Assembly (NCBI GenBank): GCA_038496445.1
Contig: JALMLS010000481.1
Coordinates: 9,340 to 73,339 of the forward strand
Direction of reading: 5' to 3'
DNA from: Trichosphaerium sp. ATCC 40318
Taxonomy: Eukaryota; Protista; Tubulinea
DNA length: 64,000 nucleotides
Position 1 is the stretch's first letter. Each line of letters begins with the position of its first letter. Shown here piece after piece: positions 62,636 through 64,000 of the stretch. Made by a program: the position numbers and the translations under genes. The notes beneath the pieces are model-generated. The model worked only from the letters and a program-made list of their open reading frames with translations. It ran no database searches and was not told the DNA's origin.

Positions 62636-64000
62636 TTAAAGACAAAGAACACGTGGATTCTGGAGCTCAAAGTACTCTTTCAAACCATCATAATCACATG
62701 CTTCAGCAAACTTCAAAGCGTAGTTGTATTTAGGAACTTTATCCAAAACATTCCAGCAATTTAAAAACTTTTTGTAATCTTCCTGGTCATTAAATGCTTT
62801 CATATCCTTCCAATCAATCTTACTGTAATACATTTTAATACGATCAGAAACCTCACCACAGTCCAAGTATACCCATACATGAACAAGAGATATCAAGTCA
62901 TGTGCATAAGTGTAAACAATTTTTTACGTTCTGCTTGCATTTCAATGATATCTGTTGCAGCGAACATTATTTTTGTAGGCAACAGGTATGCATCGCTCTT
63001 TCCAGGCACGTATTTGATGGCAGAACCAAAGTCTGTTATATGTGCTTTTCCATCTATGGTCATAAGGCTATCCATATTAATGTCCCTAAAAACAAATCAG
63101 AAAAAAAAAGAAAACCCACAAAAAAGTTAAGTGTACCTGTGTACATAACCACATTCGTGGACTTTCTGTAATATCTCTAGGAATAATACCATAGAAGGAC
63201 AATTCTTTGCATTCTTTATAGGATGACATAGTGGTGATGTGATATGATACGGAAGGCCTTTCTTTGTAGTACCACTTTGAATCTACAAAATAAACAGTTA
63301 ATAAAATGTTTTACACCTTTCACTGATAAAAACAACTACATCAAGTTTAGTATCTCACGTACCAACTGTGGTACACCTTCAATACCAGCTTTGTTGAGCG
63401 TTTCAAGAGCTTCACGCTCTATAGCAGCATCTTTCTTGCAGTAATCATTGAAAACTTTGACGATCACATGTTCTTTGAGTGTATGAAGGTATTGTAAGTA
63501 CACTCTAGAAGTTGAACCATGTCCAATGATATCAGAGGGTATAGTAGGTTCTCCTTCAATATCAAGTATTGGAACCTTCCAACCAAGCGTCTCAGGCTTA
63601 TTGTTCAAGAAACTATTCAACAATATAGTTCCTTCATCAGTCCTTGTCAATATCGGATAATTTTTTGTAAAACTAACTTTGTGTTTTGCTTCTTTACCAA
63701 ACCAGTAAAACTTCACAAATACAATCTCCTTCTTATTAGCAATAAAGCCAGATATAGAATCCCTGGTTCCTTGTGCAAGCATATACGCTGTCAGAGCGTT
63801 TCTAAAGAGAGAGAGTCAGAACGAGTCACTCGTTTTTAAGAAAAGTTCGTACATGTGTTGTCCCTTGGCTAAATCATCGATTTCACGTGCGTGAACGTGA
63901 CCAATAGCTACTACTTGTAACATAGGTTCACCTTGGATACTGTCAAGGTTTGGTGTAAGAACCAAGCAAGGTTTATGTTTAGAAGTGCTGTGAACATTGT
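62636..64000 (-). CDS. Crinkler-like REase-fold + protein kinase; 5' end outside the window; apparent frameshift at ~62921
   Basis: KP..VVAIG..KGQ..AQGTRDSISGFIANKKEIVFVKF (CR-REase-like pattern) is followed by GHGSTSRVY, VIVKVF, YVHR|DINMDSLM and ITDFGSA. The frame switches within an A6 run just before IVYTYAHDLISL. Confidence 0.75.

Overview
This is AT-rich (roughly 35% GC by eye) nuclear DNA from an intron-rich eukaryote, probably a unicellular protist. Most introns are 40-200 nt, with GTAcGt-type donors and CTAAC-like branch points, so the ORF track fragments most genes. The standard genetic code fits. Conserved multi-exon genes are gamma-glutamyltransferase (with an antisense gene nested in one intron), an SDR, a Kelch/Cys-rich/multi-TM receptor-like protein, an SLC43/LAT3-like MFS transporter, EIPR1 head-to-head with PAN2, an atypical Rho GTPase, a WD40-like protein and several secreted or membrane proteins. 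Between them lies an intron-poor, fast-evolving set. It includes four F-box + 21-aa LRR genes and three headless LRR fragments, three MORN-variant repeat genes resembling giant-virus proteins, and two Crinkler-like (REase)-kinase copies. It also holds a two-copy MITE family with 3-bp TSDs and several short duplicated fragments. The best candidate for an undescribed system is the F-box-LRR family. Its scaffold is nearly invariant while the predicted concave-face residues are hypervariable and mosaic. Two copies form a ~1.7-kb inverted duplication, and LRR remnants sit tail-to-tail with a kinase gene twice. CACGTG is about ten-fold over-represented. All gene models and alignments were read by eye; no database searches were run.
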